Shown here piece after piece: positions 28,715 through 38,755 of a stretch of 64,000 bases of DNA. Under the pieces are notes generated by a model. It ran no database searches. It saw only the letters and a program-made list of their open reading frames with translations, and was not told where the DNA came from. How positions within the stretch are numbered: the stretch's first letter is position 1; each line of letters begins with the position of its first letter. Source of the stretch: a virus; the IMG/VR virus record IMGVR_UViG_3300050166_000039, positions 1 through 64,000 of that record; one strand, 5' to 3'. Made by a program: the position numbers and the translations under genes.

Positions 28715-29800
28715 ATGAAAAGAAAATTAGCAAGCATTCAAAAAGTAGCCAGTATTAGACCGATTGAAGGTGCTGATGCCATCGAGGTGGCTCGTATCAA
28801 TAACTGGGATGTTGTAGTGAAAAAGGGAGAGTACAAACCTGGCTATCTATGCGTTTACTGTGAGATTGACTCCTTCTTACCAATTAAAGAGGAGTTCGAG
28901 TTCTTGCGTAAGAGTTCTTATAAGAAGATGGTAGACCGTGAAGGTTTCTGTTTAAGAACAATTAAGTTAAGAGGTCAAATAAGTCAGGGTCTTTTATTGC
29001 CGCTGTCAGTTTTAGAAGGAGAAGATGAGATGAAGATTGGCACTTGCACCCAGGAAAATGGGATATTGCAGTTAGGACCCTATGATGACGCTCTAGTCAT
29101 TGAAGAAGGTGTAGATGTGACAGACTTATTAGGTATTGTTAAGTATGAAGCACCAATTCCGGCCGAGTTAAGCGGATTGGTTAAAGGCTCATTTCCTTCC
29201 TTCTTGAGAAAAACCGACGAGGAGCGGGTTCAAAACCTGAGCAAGGAGTACGATGAATGGGTAAGAGAGGGTTTGGATTTCTATGTGACCGAGAAATTAG
29301 ATGGTAGCTCAATTACTTTCTACTTAAAGGATGGAGAGTTTGGTGTCTGCTCTAGAAACTTAGACCTATTAGAGACCAAAGAGAACACACTATGGAGAGT
29401 GGCCAGAGAAATGAAGATTGAGGAGAAGTTACGGGCCAATGATAACCACAACATGGCTCTACAAGGAGAGTTGATTGGTGAAGGCATTCAAGGCAACCCT
29501 TATAAAATCAAAGGACAGACTGTTAAATTCTTTAACGCTTTCGATATTGATAGACAAGAGTATTATGGCTTACCGATGTTCCTGGCTCTTTTCCGTCACC
29601 AGTTCCAATTAGATACGGTGCCAATCTTGACTAATTTAACAATGAAGTTGCCGGCCACCATCGATGAGTGCTTAGCCTTCGCAGACTCTAAATCAGTGCT
29701 GAATCCCGGTTTTGACAGAAAAGGAGTTGTATTTAGAACAATGAATCGCAAGATTAGCTTTAAGGCTATCTCAAATAAATTTTTAATGAACGAAAAATAA
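28715..29800 (+). CDS. RNA ligase, DRB0094 family
   Basis: RKLASIQ, KLRGQISQGL, KTDEERVQN, TEKLDGSS, QGELIG, SFKAIS. Confidence 0.88.
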   Translation: MKRKLASIQKVASIRPIEGADAIEVARINNWDVVVKKGEYKPGYLCVYCEIDSFLPIKEEFEFLRKSSYKKMVDREGFCLRTIKLRGQISQGLLLPLSVLEGEDEMKIGTCTQENGILQLGPYDDALVIEEGVDVTDLLGIVKYEAPIPAELSGLVKGSFPSFLRKTDEERVQNLSKEYDEWVREGLDFYVTEKLDGSSITFYLKDGEFGVCSRNLDLLETKENTLWRVAREMKIEEKLRANDNHNMALQGELIGEGIQGNPYKIKGQTVKFFNAFDIDRQEYYGLPMFLALFRHQFQLDTVPILTNLTMKLPATIDECLAFADSKSVLNPGFDRKGVVFRTMNRKISFKAISNKFLMNEK

Positions 29801-30069
29801 TGAATCTACTATCCCGATTTAAGAGCTCAGAGAATCCTCGCTACAAAATAGTTGAGTATAAGAAAATAAATCATTTTGGTGAAATCACTGACCGCATATA
29901 CCTTATCTTAGAGAGAAAATGGCGCCTTATCTATGTCTATTTTGAAATAAGAGATAATTATAGTTACAGAATGAGATTTGACACCTTAAAGCTGGCAGAG
30001 GAATACTTAGCAAAAAAATTGACACCTGAACCAAACGTAGTTGAAACTGTCGTTAAAGAAATTTTATAG
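29800..30069 (+). CDS. Hypothetical protein
   Basis: Coupled ORF. Confidence 0.55.
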   Translation: MNLLSRFKSSENPRYKIVEYKKINHFGEITDRIYLILERKWRLIYVYFEIRDNYSYRMRFDTLKLAEEYLAKKLTPEPNVVETVVKEIL

Positions 30070-30072
30070 AAG

Positions 30073-30795
30073 ATGAAACTAGGAGAATTTATCAAGAGCT
30101 TTAGTCACAATAATATGATTAGGTTACACTATGATATGGAAAGTGGAACCAAATGCGTATTAGGAGATTGGAATAATGTATCAATGGACCATGAGATTCT
30201 AAAAGGTAAAGGTAAAAATAGACATTACATCAATAATGAGGTCTTGAGATTGGTCGGCATCAATTTCCAAGCAGCCCACACAAGTTACCCTGAAGCACTT
30301 AATATTGTTATTGAATATTTAGAGAATCAACCAATCGTCGATGAAGTAGTTGATGGAATTGATGTGATGTTTAATGAGATTGAAATTTCGACAAACAAAC
30401 AATTAGAACGGTTAAAGGCTCATCTTGACAGTCCAGAGGGCAAGGCTTCAATGAGCGCATGGGTTAAGAAGTATGCGAACGGCATAGAAGTTAAAGATAG
30501 ATGGGTTGAGAAGATTAAACTGTATTATGGACAAAACATAGATGTACTAACTGAAAAGTTAATGGATAAGTATTATTCAGATGAATACAGAGACAGAGAA
30601 TACTTCAAATGTAAATGTGAACCGAGAGAAACTTTATTGTGGCTATTATTGGATTACGCTGAATCATACGGTACATCATGTGAAGACGAAAAATATTTTA
30701 ATGATTTCACAGCTGATGCTTATCAGATAGGGTCTTATGTTATTCAATTAATGATAGGTCAAGGCTCATGTGTTAGAATTGATAAAGTAGAATAA
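30073..30795 (+). CDS. Hypothetical protein
   Basis: 240-aa ORF. Confidence 0.65.
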   Translation: MKLGEFIKSFSHNNMIRLHYDMESGTKCVLGDWNNVSMDHEILKGKGKNRHYINNEVLRLVGINFQAAHTSYPEALNIVIEYLENQPIVDEVVDGIDVMFNEIEISTNKQLERLKAHLDSPEGKASMSAWVKKYANGIEVKDRWVEKIKLYYGQNIDVLTEKLMDKYYSDEYRDREYFKCKCEPRETLLWLLLDYAESYGTSCEDEKYFNDFTADAYQIGSYVIQLMIGQGSCVRIDKVE

Positions 30796-30965
30796 AATTA
30801 TTATTAAAATAATACAATTTAACTCTAACCACTACTACTAATTTTAATACGCATAAATATTAACCTGTAAACAACTTATTGTATTTTTTGTATTTTATTA
30901 AACAAATTGGTATTTTTTTAATATAACTATAGTTATATAACATATATCATTAAACTTTATCAAAG

Positions 30966-31313
30966 ATGAAAAATTACAGTAAGTTTTTAGCAGTTAAAAT
31001 TATTATCCTAGCGCTCTTTTCATTCAGCGCCTCAGCACATACCGTTAAGGCAGAAGCTACATCTACACAAGCAACCGAGACATTGGACTCTTGTATTAAG
31101 AAAAAATCTACAAGCGCGAAAGTTGCAGATTCTATCAAGTTTCAACAAGCTATCTCAAGCGTACCGACCTTATTTGAATTGGCTACAATGTTAGATGTGA
31201 ATATTGGCGGAGACACAAAACCAGATCAGAGCCCTGAAGTTCTAGAAGCTCAACACACATCAGTAATGAGTCTACGAGAAATGATTACTCTTTATGGCGT
31301 TAAAGTGTTGTAA
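30966..31313 (+). CDS. Secreted hypothetical protein
   Basis: Signal peptide ending ASA. Confidence 0.6.
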   Translation: MKNYSKFLAVKIIILALFSFSASAHTVKAEATSTQATETLDSCIKKKSTSAKVADSIKFQQAISSVPTLFELATMLDVNIGGDTKPDQSPEVLEAQHTSVMSLREMITLYGVKVL

Positions 31314-31350
31314 ACCAGCGATATATAAGTTATAAAAATAACTTAAGATC

Positions 31351-32019
31351 ATGAAGCTTCACCGTAAAATTGGCATCATCAAAACAATCATAATTGTCAT
31401 CCTGATTGCGATGATTGAAATTGTATTCCTGATGAAAAATGAGACATCTACTAAACATCCCGCTATTTCATCAGTTGATTCTATTAGAATAGCACAATCT
31501 GCGGTTAAAGGTATTAAGCCACAAATCGTAAAGATTCAAATGATTAAATGGTTAAAGCCTAAGTCTATCACTAAGGACTCTCTAATTCCAGTTTACACTA
31601 AGGTTGATTCTTCATTACTATTAGAAAAATATTACGCGACTAAAGTTTCATACGGTGTCATTCAAGTTGACCCAGGCTATACTAACGTAATTACGGTCGA
31701 TAGCATCTCCAGAAACAGAATTTTCAGTAGACGTTCATTCGTACACACTATTAAACCTAGAAACAATAGAATCAATGTTTTAATAGTTGAAGAGGCCACT
31801 AAGGCCCCTATCGTAGAACCAACACCAAAAACCAGAGAGTGGTATGCTGGGTTAGGCACCTCAGTTAACGGCTCGGGTTTCAATTCTCTGTATGGTAGTG
31901 CCCTGCTTAAAAATAAGAGAAATGAAATCTTTCAGTTAAACCTGGGTATTTCAAATATGTCACCACTTGGAGATTATAGACCTTTTATTGGAGCCTCAGC
32001 CCACTTTAAGATAAAATAA
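31351..32019 (+). CDS. Membrane-anchored protein with C-terminal amphipathic beta strands
   Basis: N-terminal TM helix; C-terminal PFIGASAHFKIK. Confidence 0.55.
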   Translation: MKLHRKIGIIKTIIIVILIAMIEIVFLMKNETSTKHPAISSVDSIRIAQSAVKGIKPQIVKIQMIKWLKPKSITKDSLIPVYTKVDSSLLLEKYYATKVSYGVIQVDPGYTNVITVDSISRNRIFSRRSFVHTIKPRNNRINVLIVEEATKAPIVEPTPKTREWYAGLGTSVNGSGFNSLYGSALLKNKRNEIFQLNLGISNMSPLGDYRPFIGASAHFKIK

Positions 32020-32066
32020 TCTGCCAAAAATTTTTTATTGTCACTAGAATTGCTTATATTTACCTA
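32013..32066 (+). promoter_or_regulatory. Class I promoter module
   Basis: AAAATAAT...AATTGCTTATATTTACCTA. Confidence 0.72.
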
Positions 32067-32083
32067 ACTTAAATATAATAAAG

Positions 32084-32332
32084 ATGCCATTTCCTTCAAA
32101 TTACCCATTGATTAAACCCAGCGCCTTAAAAAAGACTCTCGAGAAATTAGGCCGTGTAAATGACGCGCAGAACAAGCAGTATAAGCGCTTAAACAGCTTA
32201 GGCAAACTAGATGATATTCACTCTGTTCGTGAAGCAAAGGAGAGCATTAATCTAATCCTAGAACTAGAGGTCAAGAAAGAGGTGTTACTGGACATGGCAA
32301 CGATATTGGCTTTAGACACTGATAATGATTAA
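32084..32332 (+). CDS. Hypothetical protein
   Basis: ORF after class I promoter. Confidence 0.6.
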   Translation: MPFPSNYPLIKPSALKKTLEKLGRVNDAQNKQYKRLNSLGKLDDIHSVREAKESINLILELEVKKEVLLDMATILALDTDND

Positions 32333-32361
32333 AATCTGCACAAGAGCAAGATAAATAGTTA

Positions 32362-32658
32362 ATGAATCTAGAAAAGCAGATTGAGGCCTATAACAAAACA
32401 GCCTTAAAGTATACCGAAGAGAACCTAAGTTTCACTATTCCAGGGGTTCATTTTTCACCCGAGGAGGTGCTGCACATCTCAAGTATAGTAACTTCTATCT
32501 TAATGACAAGAGATGGCGTGGGTTACCCAGGAGGTGAGGTGGTGAAGGCTATCTTAGAGGATGACTTACAGAATCCAGCTCTAGAAGATGACACCCTGAG
32601 TAAGACGGTGCTTAAATTTTTAGTTCAGGCAAAACAATGGTGTGCAGTTTCATACTAA
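32362..32658 (+). CDS. Hypothetical protein
   Basis: 98-aa ORF. Confidence 0.6.
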   Translation: MNLEKQIEAYNKTALKYTEENLSFTIPGVHFSPEEVLHISSIVTSILMTRDGVGYPGGEVVKAILEDDLQNPALEDDTLSKTVLKFLVQAKQWCAVSY

Positions 32659-32662
32659 AAGT

Positions 32663-32724
32663 GAAACAAAGCCCAAGTAACGAGTATAAATATAGTAACA
32701 AGAGAGTTACTGAGTTCTTTAAAA
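32663..32724 (+). promoter_or_regulatory. Class II promoter plus boxA-like element for tRNA mini-cluster
   Basis: GAAAC-N17-TATAA (32663-32689); GAGTTCTTTAAAA (32712-32724). Confidence 0.7.
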
Positions 32725-32733
32725 TAATGAAAT

Positions 32734-32818
32734 GCTTCGGTGGTGGAATAGGTAGACACGCCAGACTTAAAATCTTGTGGGACTTGCGCCCGTGCTGGTT
32801 CGATTCCAGTCCGAAGTA
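32734..32818 (+). tRNA. tRNA-Leu(UAA)
   Basis: GCTTCGG/CCGAAGT acceptor, loop CTTAAAA, long variable arm. Confidence 0.9.
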
Positions 32819-32943
32819 CAGTGTAACGACTTAGTGATAAGTGGCGGAACAGACGCTAAGCATGAAATGGAAACTTGTTGAAGCTCGATAAAGGAGTGGA
32901 TAAGACACAAACCGCACAGACGTTACATCAATTTTTAAAATAT

Positions 32944-33015
32944 GGTTCCATGGTGAAAGGGATATCACGAGAAGCTTCTACCTTCTAATTTTACGTTCGA
33001 ATCGTAATGGGACTA
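32944..33015 (+). tRNA. tRNA-Arg(UCU)
   Basis: AGAAG-CTTCTAC-CTTCT anticodon arm. Confidence 0.88.
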
Positions 33016-33016
33016 C

Positions 33017-33047
33017 AAAGCTCTATCAGAAATGGTAGAGCTTTTTT
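33017..33047 (+). terminator. Intrinsic terminator
   Basis: AAAGCTCTATCA-GAAA-TGGTAGAGCTTT plus T-run. Confidence 0.8.
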
Positions 33048-33059
33048 AATTTAAACAGT

Positions 33060-33434
33060 ATGCAACTATTAGCTACAAAGATTGTTAAAAGAATGGACCT
33101 GGGCTCCAACGGAAACCTGTTTGGAGGCCAGTTACTGGCCTGGGTCGATGAGGCAGTGGCAGCATACGCTATGTTAATTCTTCAAAACCGAGAAATGGTG
33201 ACCTTGAGTATTGACTCTCTTAAATTCGAGAGAGAAGTAAAAGAGGGAGCTTTACTACAAATCAATGCTGGTATAATCAAGACTGGCAACACCTCAGCAA
33301 CCTTTGCCGTAGTTGTAAATATTTACGACCCAGTGAACGCCTCCATCGAGAGAGTCTTTAAGACCAACATGACTTTTGTTAGAGTTATTAACGGCAAATC
33401 TACGCCAATTAGTAAACAATCAATAGACTCATGA
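33060..33434 (+). CDS. Acyl-CoA thioesterase (HotDog fold)
   Basis: GNLFGGQLLAWVDEA, GNTS, MTFV. Confidence 0.85.
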   Translation: MQLLATKIVKRMDLGSNGNLFGGQLLAWVDEAVAAYAMLILQNREMVTLSIDSLKFEREVKEGALLQINAGIIKTGNTSATFAVVVNIYDPVNASIERVFKTNMTFVRVINGKSTPISKQSIDS

Positions 33435-33444
33435 TATAATAAAT

Positions 33445-33636
33445 ATGAAATTAAAACTATTAATTTGTAAAATACTCGACCACAAGTACGTCTATAATTT
33501 TGGCTGGAGACCAAATCGCTGTAAATGTAGTCGATGTGGCATGAAGTGGAAGACAGCACCAAACCCCAATTATATTCCAGGAGAGACTAGCCCCTTATCA
33601 GAGGACATAGAAATCTGGGTAGAAGACAACTCATAG
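33445..33636 (+). CDS. Small Cys/His protein (DUF1660-like)
   Basis: LICKILDHK..CSRCG. Confidence 0.6.
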   Translation: MKLKLLICKILDHKYVYNFGWRPNRCKCSRCGMKWKTAPNPNYIPGETSPLSEDIEIWVEDNS

Positions 33637-33639
33637 AAG

Positions 33640-34002
33640 ATGAAAAACTTTTTAAACTTTTTTATAACATTCGCACCGCATCGGATAATTGGTGCATGTA
33701 TTGGGGTACTGGTCTTCTTCTTAGTGTATGTGTATTTCATTTCAGTAATTTCTACGACTATACCGGATAAAGAATTTGTCTTCTATCCTCGCACTTCCAC
33801 TCCAGTAAATAAGTATAGTAATAAGCAGTATGAGTCTATCTTAGATTCATTAAAGCACGAGAATGACTCTCTTCGTAATGAACTTAGAATCTATATAGAT
33901 GGTTGCGACCACAAGGAGCAGATATACGAAGAAATCATATACGAGTTGCAACACAACCGAACAAAAAAATCAAACATCATAGGCACTAAAGATTCACTCT
34001 AA
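33640..34002 (+). CDS. Membrane-anchored coiled-coil protein
   Basis: TM helix followed by coiled coil. Confidence 0.55.
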   Translation: MKNFLNFFITFAPHRIIGACIGVLVFFLVYVYFISVISTTIPDKEFVFYPRTSTPVNKYSNKQYESILDSLKHENDSLRNELRIYIDGCDHKEQIYEEIIYELQHNRTKKSNIIGTKDSL

Positions 34003-34003
34003 T

Positions 34004-35179
34004 ATGAATAACATTGATAAACAGTATCAGGCTTTATTAAAAGATATTCTGGAAAACGGAGTAAAGAAGGAGGACAGAACAGGAACCGGTACAGTTTCAG
34101 TTTTTGGTCGTCAAATTCGTCACAAGATGAGTGAAGGCTTTCCACTGTTAACAACCAAGAAGATGCCGTTCAAACTGGTTGCGGCCGAGCTGCTATGGTT
34201 TCTACGCGGTGACACTAACATTAAGTTCTTATTAGACTATAACTGTCATATTTGGGATGGAGATGCGTATAAGAACTTCACTAAACAGGTAAGCGATATT
34301 ATTGATGGATATAAATGTGGTGATATTATGGGCATGCAATCTCATATTGAAGCCATGTTTAGTGATTCAGACAAACTTATTCCTTTAACACAAGAAGAAT
34401 TCATCAACAAAATCAAAACCGATGATAAGTTTGCAACACAATGGGGTGATTTAGGACCAATCTATGGTAAGCAATGGAGAAAATGGGAAACCGATGACAT
34501 TGATGCTCCTAGATATGAACACTATAAAAAAGATATAGACCAAATTCAAAACCTAATCAATGACCTTAAAACAAATCCAGATAGTAGAAGATTAATGGTA
34601 AGCGCGTGGAACGTATCAGAGTTAGACCAAATGGTGCTTCCACCCTGTCACTACGGATTTCAGGTTTACACGAGAAAGTTAAGTTTTGATGAAAGGTATG
34701 CAATCTACTCTAAGAGCTCTAAAACATGGGAAGAAGGAGGTGGTAATGCCTACGGTAAAATCAGCGGCTTAGACATGATGGATGAAGATAACGTTCCGAC
34801 AAGAGCTGTCTCTTTAATGTGGAATCAACGAAGTGTTGATACATTCTTGGGTCTTCCTTTCAATATAGCATCCTATGGTTTACTGTTAGAGATTATAGCC
34901 AGAGAAGTCAACATGGTTCCCGAAGAGTTGATTGGTAACTTAGGTGATGTGCACTTATACTCGAATCATCTAGAGCAGGCTAAGATGCAAGCACTTCGCA
35001 AGCCTTATAAGTTGCCTACGTTAGAGATTACTGAACGTAATTGGTATCCTCATGAAAAGGTAAAAGAACACGTAGGAGAGAAAGATTTCAATGATAAAAT
35101 CATGTCATATAGACCAGACTCTTTTAGTTTAATAGGTTATGATTCACACTCAGGAATCAAAGCTCCTTTAAGCAATTAA
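34004..35179 (+). CDS. thyA: Thymidylate synthase
   Basis: DRTGTGT, FPLLTTKK, LGPIYGKQWR, LPPCH, QRSVDTFLGLPFNIASY, DVHLYSNH. Confidence 0.96.
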   Translation: MNNIDKQYQALLKDILENGVKKEDRTGTGTVSVFGRQIRHKMSEGFPLLTTKKMPFKLVAAELLWFLRGDTNIKFLLDYNCHIWDGDAYKNFTKQVSDIIDGYKCGDIMGMQSHIEAMFSDSDKLIPLTQEEFINKIKTDDKFATQWGDLGPIYGKQWRKWETDDIDAPRYEHYKKDIDQIQNLINDLKTNPDSRRLMVSAWNVSELDQMVLPPCHYGFQVYTRKLSFDERYAIYSKSSKTWEEGGGNAYGKISGLDMMDEDNVPTRAVSLMWNQRSVDTFLGLPFNIASYGLLLEIIAREVNMVPEELIGNLGDVHLYSNHLEQAKMQALRKPYKLPTLEITERNWYPHEKVKEHVGEKDFNDKIMSYRPDSFSLIGYDSHSGIKAPLSN

Positions 35180-35297
35180 CAATTAAAAATAAATCTAGTA
35201 TGAACTATAAGATCGCGGTTGTCATTGGCATTTTAATCATCATCTCGGTGATGATACAGTTAACTGATAGAAATCAACATAGAAGATACTGATTGAC

Positions 35298-35957
35298 ATG
35301 ACAAGCTTAGAAAAATTTAAGGAGGCTGGTTGGGTTCATCTAAAAGGTGCGTTGCCGATAACAGAGGTTGAAAAGGCCCAGAGAATCACAATTCAGTTAA
35401 AGCAGCGTCTTATTGACCTGGGCTTAATAGGTACTGAAAAAGAATTTGGCACGAAAATGTACTGGTCTGGGCTAGACATGGCCGGCATGGAGAGCAGAGA
35501 GCTGTATGATATGTATACCTCTAGTGCAATGTATGAGATTGCAAGTCTATTTCTAGAGGCTCAACCCTATCTCTTCAACGATCAGATAGTGGTTAAATTA
35601 CCGAACGAGAACTTTGAGTTCTCTCCACGCTATGACAATCAGTATGGCCCAGACCCCGAAGCAGCACTTAAAGGAGATTTTAAGACTATTACGTGCGCTT
35701 GGATTCTAGATGACTTTAAGATGTGCAATGGGCCAATTCACTTACAGCATAAACAGAGTGGAGTATGGAGCACTCCATTACCCAGGGTCGGAGACATGCT
35801 GATTTGGGATGGAAATACTGTCCATAAATCTGGGATAAATAAAGATATAAATCCAAGAAGAATCTGGTTAAACGTTTACTCGACAATAAACATGTCAACG
35901 TTAGCTCCAGGCTTCAATAACCTTTATACTGACAAATTCAATGGAAATCTTAGGTAA
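35298..35957 (+). CDS. PhyH-like 2OG-Fe(II) dioxygenase fold
   Basis: LFNDQIVVK, TCAWILDD..NGP, GD..DGNTVHKSG; HxD position reads RYD. Confidence 0.72.
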   Translation: MTSLEKFKEAGWVHLKGALPITEVEKAQRITIQLKQRLIDLGLIGTEKEFGTKMYWSGLDMAGMESRELYDMYTSSAMYEIASLFLEAQPYLFNDQIVVKLPNENFEFSPRYDNQYGPDPEAALKGDFKTITCAWILDDFKMCNGPIHLQHKQSGVWSTPLPRVGDMLIWDGNTVHKSGINKDINPRRIWLNVYSTINMSTLAPGFNNLYTDKFNGNLR

Positions 35958-36528
35958 CGATATTTTTGTATTCAAAAACGCGGTAACTGGTCAGCTCTTC
36001 ACTAAGTTAAGAGAGCTGTTTAATACGGCTCCGATTAATAGAGATCAGTTTAAGAAAGAGCTAGAAGAGAGTCATGTTATTGAGCTGAATCAGGTACTCA
36101 AAGAGAAGATAGAAGAGCCTATTTACAAGTACCTATTAGACTTAAAACTGGACTCCAGACCCGATCTATTAGATTATAGTGGATGCTTTAACACTGATCT
36201 TGAATATTATGAGAAGTATAAAGAGTTTAGAAACTCTTTAAGAGACTCGAATCCAATTCAGGTTGAAACAGCAATGGCCAGAGAGTTACATAGAGGAAAT
36301 TTAGTATACTATAGTAATTTCGTAGAATGGAAAGGCCATCTCAATAAATTCGGTATCTTCGTTAATGTCTCAGAGGGCGGCGAGAACACAACAACCCTAA
36401 AGTTTCCTATACAACAACAAGAGTGCACTCTATTACAAGGAGATATTGTAGTTTCACCCGGAGGTATCACACATCCATACTTAATAGATGTTATTAACGG
36501 CAAATTAAAATTCATCCAGGCACTATGA
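35941..36528 (+). CDS. Hypothetical protein, possible 2OG-Fe-like fold; paralog of 38162
   Basis: GDIVVSPGGITHPY..VINGK. Confidence 0.6.
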   Translation: MEILGNDIFVFKNAVTGQLFTKLRELFNTAPINRDQFKKELEESHVIELNQVLKEKIEEPIYKYLLDLKLDSRPDLLDYSGCFNTDLEYYEKYKEFRNSLRDSNPIQVETAMARELHRGNLVYYSNFVEWKGHLNKFGIFVNVSEGGENTTTLKFPIQQQECTLLQGDIVVSPGGITHPYLIDVINGKLKFIQAL

Positions 36529-37235
36529 TTTATTCTTACGGCTGTTCTTTTAGCACAGAGTATGAGGTAGGGAAAGAGGCTTTCTGGCTTAAAAAGCTAG
36601 CAGATCACTTAGGTGATCAGTTTGAGGCGTGGGGCACTGGAGGAGGAGAGCATCATGAAGCATATCATAGACTTCTCTTCTCAATGAGAGACTTTAAAAA
36701 AGGAGACTTGGTGATCTTTCAGTTCTCAGATCACCATAGAATAGGCCTGAGACACAAGAACTATTATATAACAACGGCCGGTGTTAAAAGAGACACACCC
36801 GAAGAAACATTGGATAATATAGAGTTTTTAAGAAAGGTGGTGAATATTGATAAGACCGATGAGGAATATTTGTCACTCTTTGAGTTTAGTCAGAAATGGG
36901 CAAAGCATCAAATATTTCACAGTTACTGGAATGTATGGAACCTTCTTAAATATTTAGAGAAGACGATCGGAATTAAATTTGTGATAATGGCCCTAGATCA
37001 AACATGGGCTAACGTAATTCCAGAGGATCACTACACTAACATACCCTTCTTTCCAATCGGAAGGGCTATTAAGAATGAAAACTTTACACTATTAGACGGT
37101 GCCAAGAACATAGGACTGGACTCTTTTTGTATAGAAAACGGGCTAACCATTTCTGAGATAGATGGGCATCCTAACAAAATGGGACATCATGCAATTACAA
37201 ACATTCTAATTAAACACTTAAAGGAGAATGGATAA
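36525..37235 (+). CDS. SGNH hydrolase/acyltransferase-like; paralog of 38752
   Basis: YGCSFS and DGHP. Confidence 0.65.
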   Translation: MIYSYGCSFSTEYEVGKEAFWLKKLADHLGDQFEAWGTGGGEHHEAYHRLLFSMRDFKKGDLVIFQFSDHHRIGLRHKNYYITTAGVKRDTPEETLDNIEFLRKVVNIDKTDEEYLSLFEFSQKWAKHQIFHSYWNVWNLLKYLEKTIGIKFVIMALDQTWANVIPEDHYTNIPFFPIGRAIKNENFTLLDGAKNIGLDSFCIENGLTISEIDGHPNKMGHHAITNILIKHLKENG

Positions 37236-38043
37236 CATTAAATGTATTGTAACGGTGGGAACTTCTTTCACGGCCGGCGGTGGCTTTGAAGAAAACAATG
37301 CGTTGAGACCTATCATGAATAGATGGGAACCCGAGCCATTGCCGACTTCTATGTTTGAGTGCTCCTGGCCTGGTCAACTTAAGAAACTGATTAAGCCCGA
37401 GATTAAAGTTATAAACTTAGGCATGCCTGGAGCCGGCCATGAGTACTTGATAAGAATTACAGAGGAATGGATCGCTAATAATCCTGATAAGTATGAGCTA
37501 GAGAGAACTCTTTTTTTATTGGAGACCTCAGCTCTAGGAAGAAGTGAGTTTTGGGACGCGGAGTTAGGGCAACATATTGTATGTAACTGGGAACAGAAAG
37601 GAGATAGAATGCACGCATCTCTACACAGCGGTCAATACTGGAAAGATTCACCTGAAAAAATACAAGCTATTAATAAAAATGAAGACTTAATGTCTGAGTG
37701 GCTAACTAAGTTTATTGGCTTTGAACAATTCTTAGAGAAGGCAGAGTCAAGTCAATTTAATTTCTTTTGCAAGTTAAACTATCTAGGTTACAAATTTGCA
37801 CATTACGGTACACCTTTCACTAATCCTGTAATAGAAGAGGATCCACTGATTAAATCAAAGGCTCTATATTTAGAGCATAAAGGTAGAAAATATACTTCTA
37901 TTCACGAATATCTTGACGCTTCAAAGTTAACGATAACCGATTTTACACATGGTGAGGCAGTGGACTTTCATGCTAGCTTGAAGGGAAATCTTCACATAGC
38001 TCATTTCTATTACGCGCAACTAAAACAGTTATATAATATATGA
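37228..38043 (+). CDS. SGNH hydrolase/acyltransferase-like
   Basis: VGTSFTAG, NLGMPGAG, DFHAS. Confidence 0.65.
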   Translation: MDNIKCIVTVGTSFTAGGGFEENNALRPIMNRWEPEPLPTSMFECSWPGQLKKLIKPEIKVINLGMPGAGHEYLIRITEEWIANNPDKYELERTLFLLETSALGRSEFWDAELGQHIVCNWEQKGDRMHASLHSGQYWKDSPEKIQAINKNEDLMSEWLTKFIGFEQFLEKAESSQFNFFCKLNYLGYKFAHYGTPFTNPVIEEDPLIKSKALYLEHKGRKYTSIHEYLDASKLTITDFTHGEAVDFHASLKGNLHIAHFYYAQLKQLYNI

Positions 38044-38162
38044 TAAAGAAACTAATTAACATGATCAAAACAAAGTGGATCATATACAAAAAGAAACAGG
38101 CTTTTAAGAAAGCGATCGGTAAATATAAAAAGCAAGATCCCTTTAATTATAAAAATTTTTAA
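38040..38162 (+). CDS. Small basic protein (40 aa, not in ORF track)
   Basis: MIKKLINMIKTKWIIYKKKQAFKKAIGKYKKQDPFNYKNF; coupled at both ends. Confidence 0.55.
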   Translation: MIKKLINMIKTKWIIYKKKQAFKKAIGKYKKQDPFNYKNF

Positions 38163-38755
38163 TGGAAATTTTAGATTCTAACATTTTACTATTTAGGAAG
38201 GCTGCCACCTCTTCAATAATGAAAATTATTGATAATCACATATCTACTCTACAAGTAAATGATAGTTATGCGCAATCACACTTAAACGAGGTTGAAAAGG
38301 AAAAGCTAACAAAGTTCTTTAACGAGAAGACAGATCCTGAAATGTTAGATTATTTTCTAAATTTCAAGGCTGCTAGCAGACCAGATTTGAATTCTTCGAT
38401 GTGGAAACACTATATTGATGCAGAATGGTTTGACAAAACCAGTGAATTCAGAAACAAATTAAGAGAAAATTTTGCAACTAGAATAGGATACGCTGCCGCA
38501 AAAATGTTTCATAGATCAAATATTGGGTATGAAGGTGCTAATAATGTAAATATAATAGGAGAACTAAATAGATTTGCATATCATATTGGGGCAAGCGAAG
38601 ACGCTTCACATGATTCTGTCATCGTATTTCCTTTACAAAAGATTAGTGTCAAGCTAAACAAGGGAGATGTACTTGTTTCACCAGGTTCAATATCACATCC
38701 ATACGTAATTACGAACGTAATTAACGGCAAATTCAAATTCTTAGAAGCGATATGA
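38162..38755 (+). CDS. Hypothetical protein, paralog of 35941
   Basis: MEIL, SRPDL, GDVLVSPGSISHPY..VINGK. Confidence 0.6.
   Translation: MEILDSNILLFRKAATSSIMKIIDNHISTLQVNDSYAQSHLNEVEKEKLTKFFNEKTDPEMLDYFLNFKAASRPDLNSSMWKHYIDAEWFDKTSEFRNKLRENFATRIGYAAAKMFHRSNIGYEGANNVNIIGELNRFAYHIGASEDASHDSVIVFPLQKISVKLNKGDVLVSPGSISHPYVITNVINGKFKFLEAI

Noticed and set aside
30796-30965. Replication origin in AT-rich gap
   Set aside because: No iterons or adjacent initiator; explained by promoter-like motifs.
34004-35179. Intein or intron in thyA
   Set aside because: Insertions are short and in frame, without intein splice motifs or intron structure.
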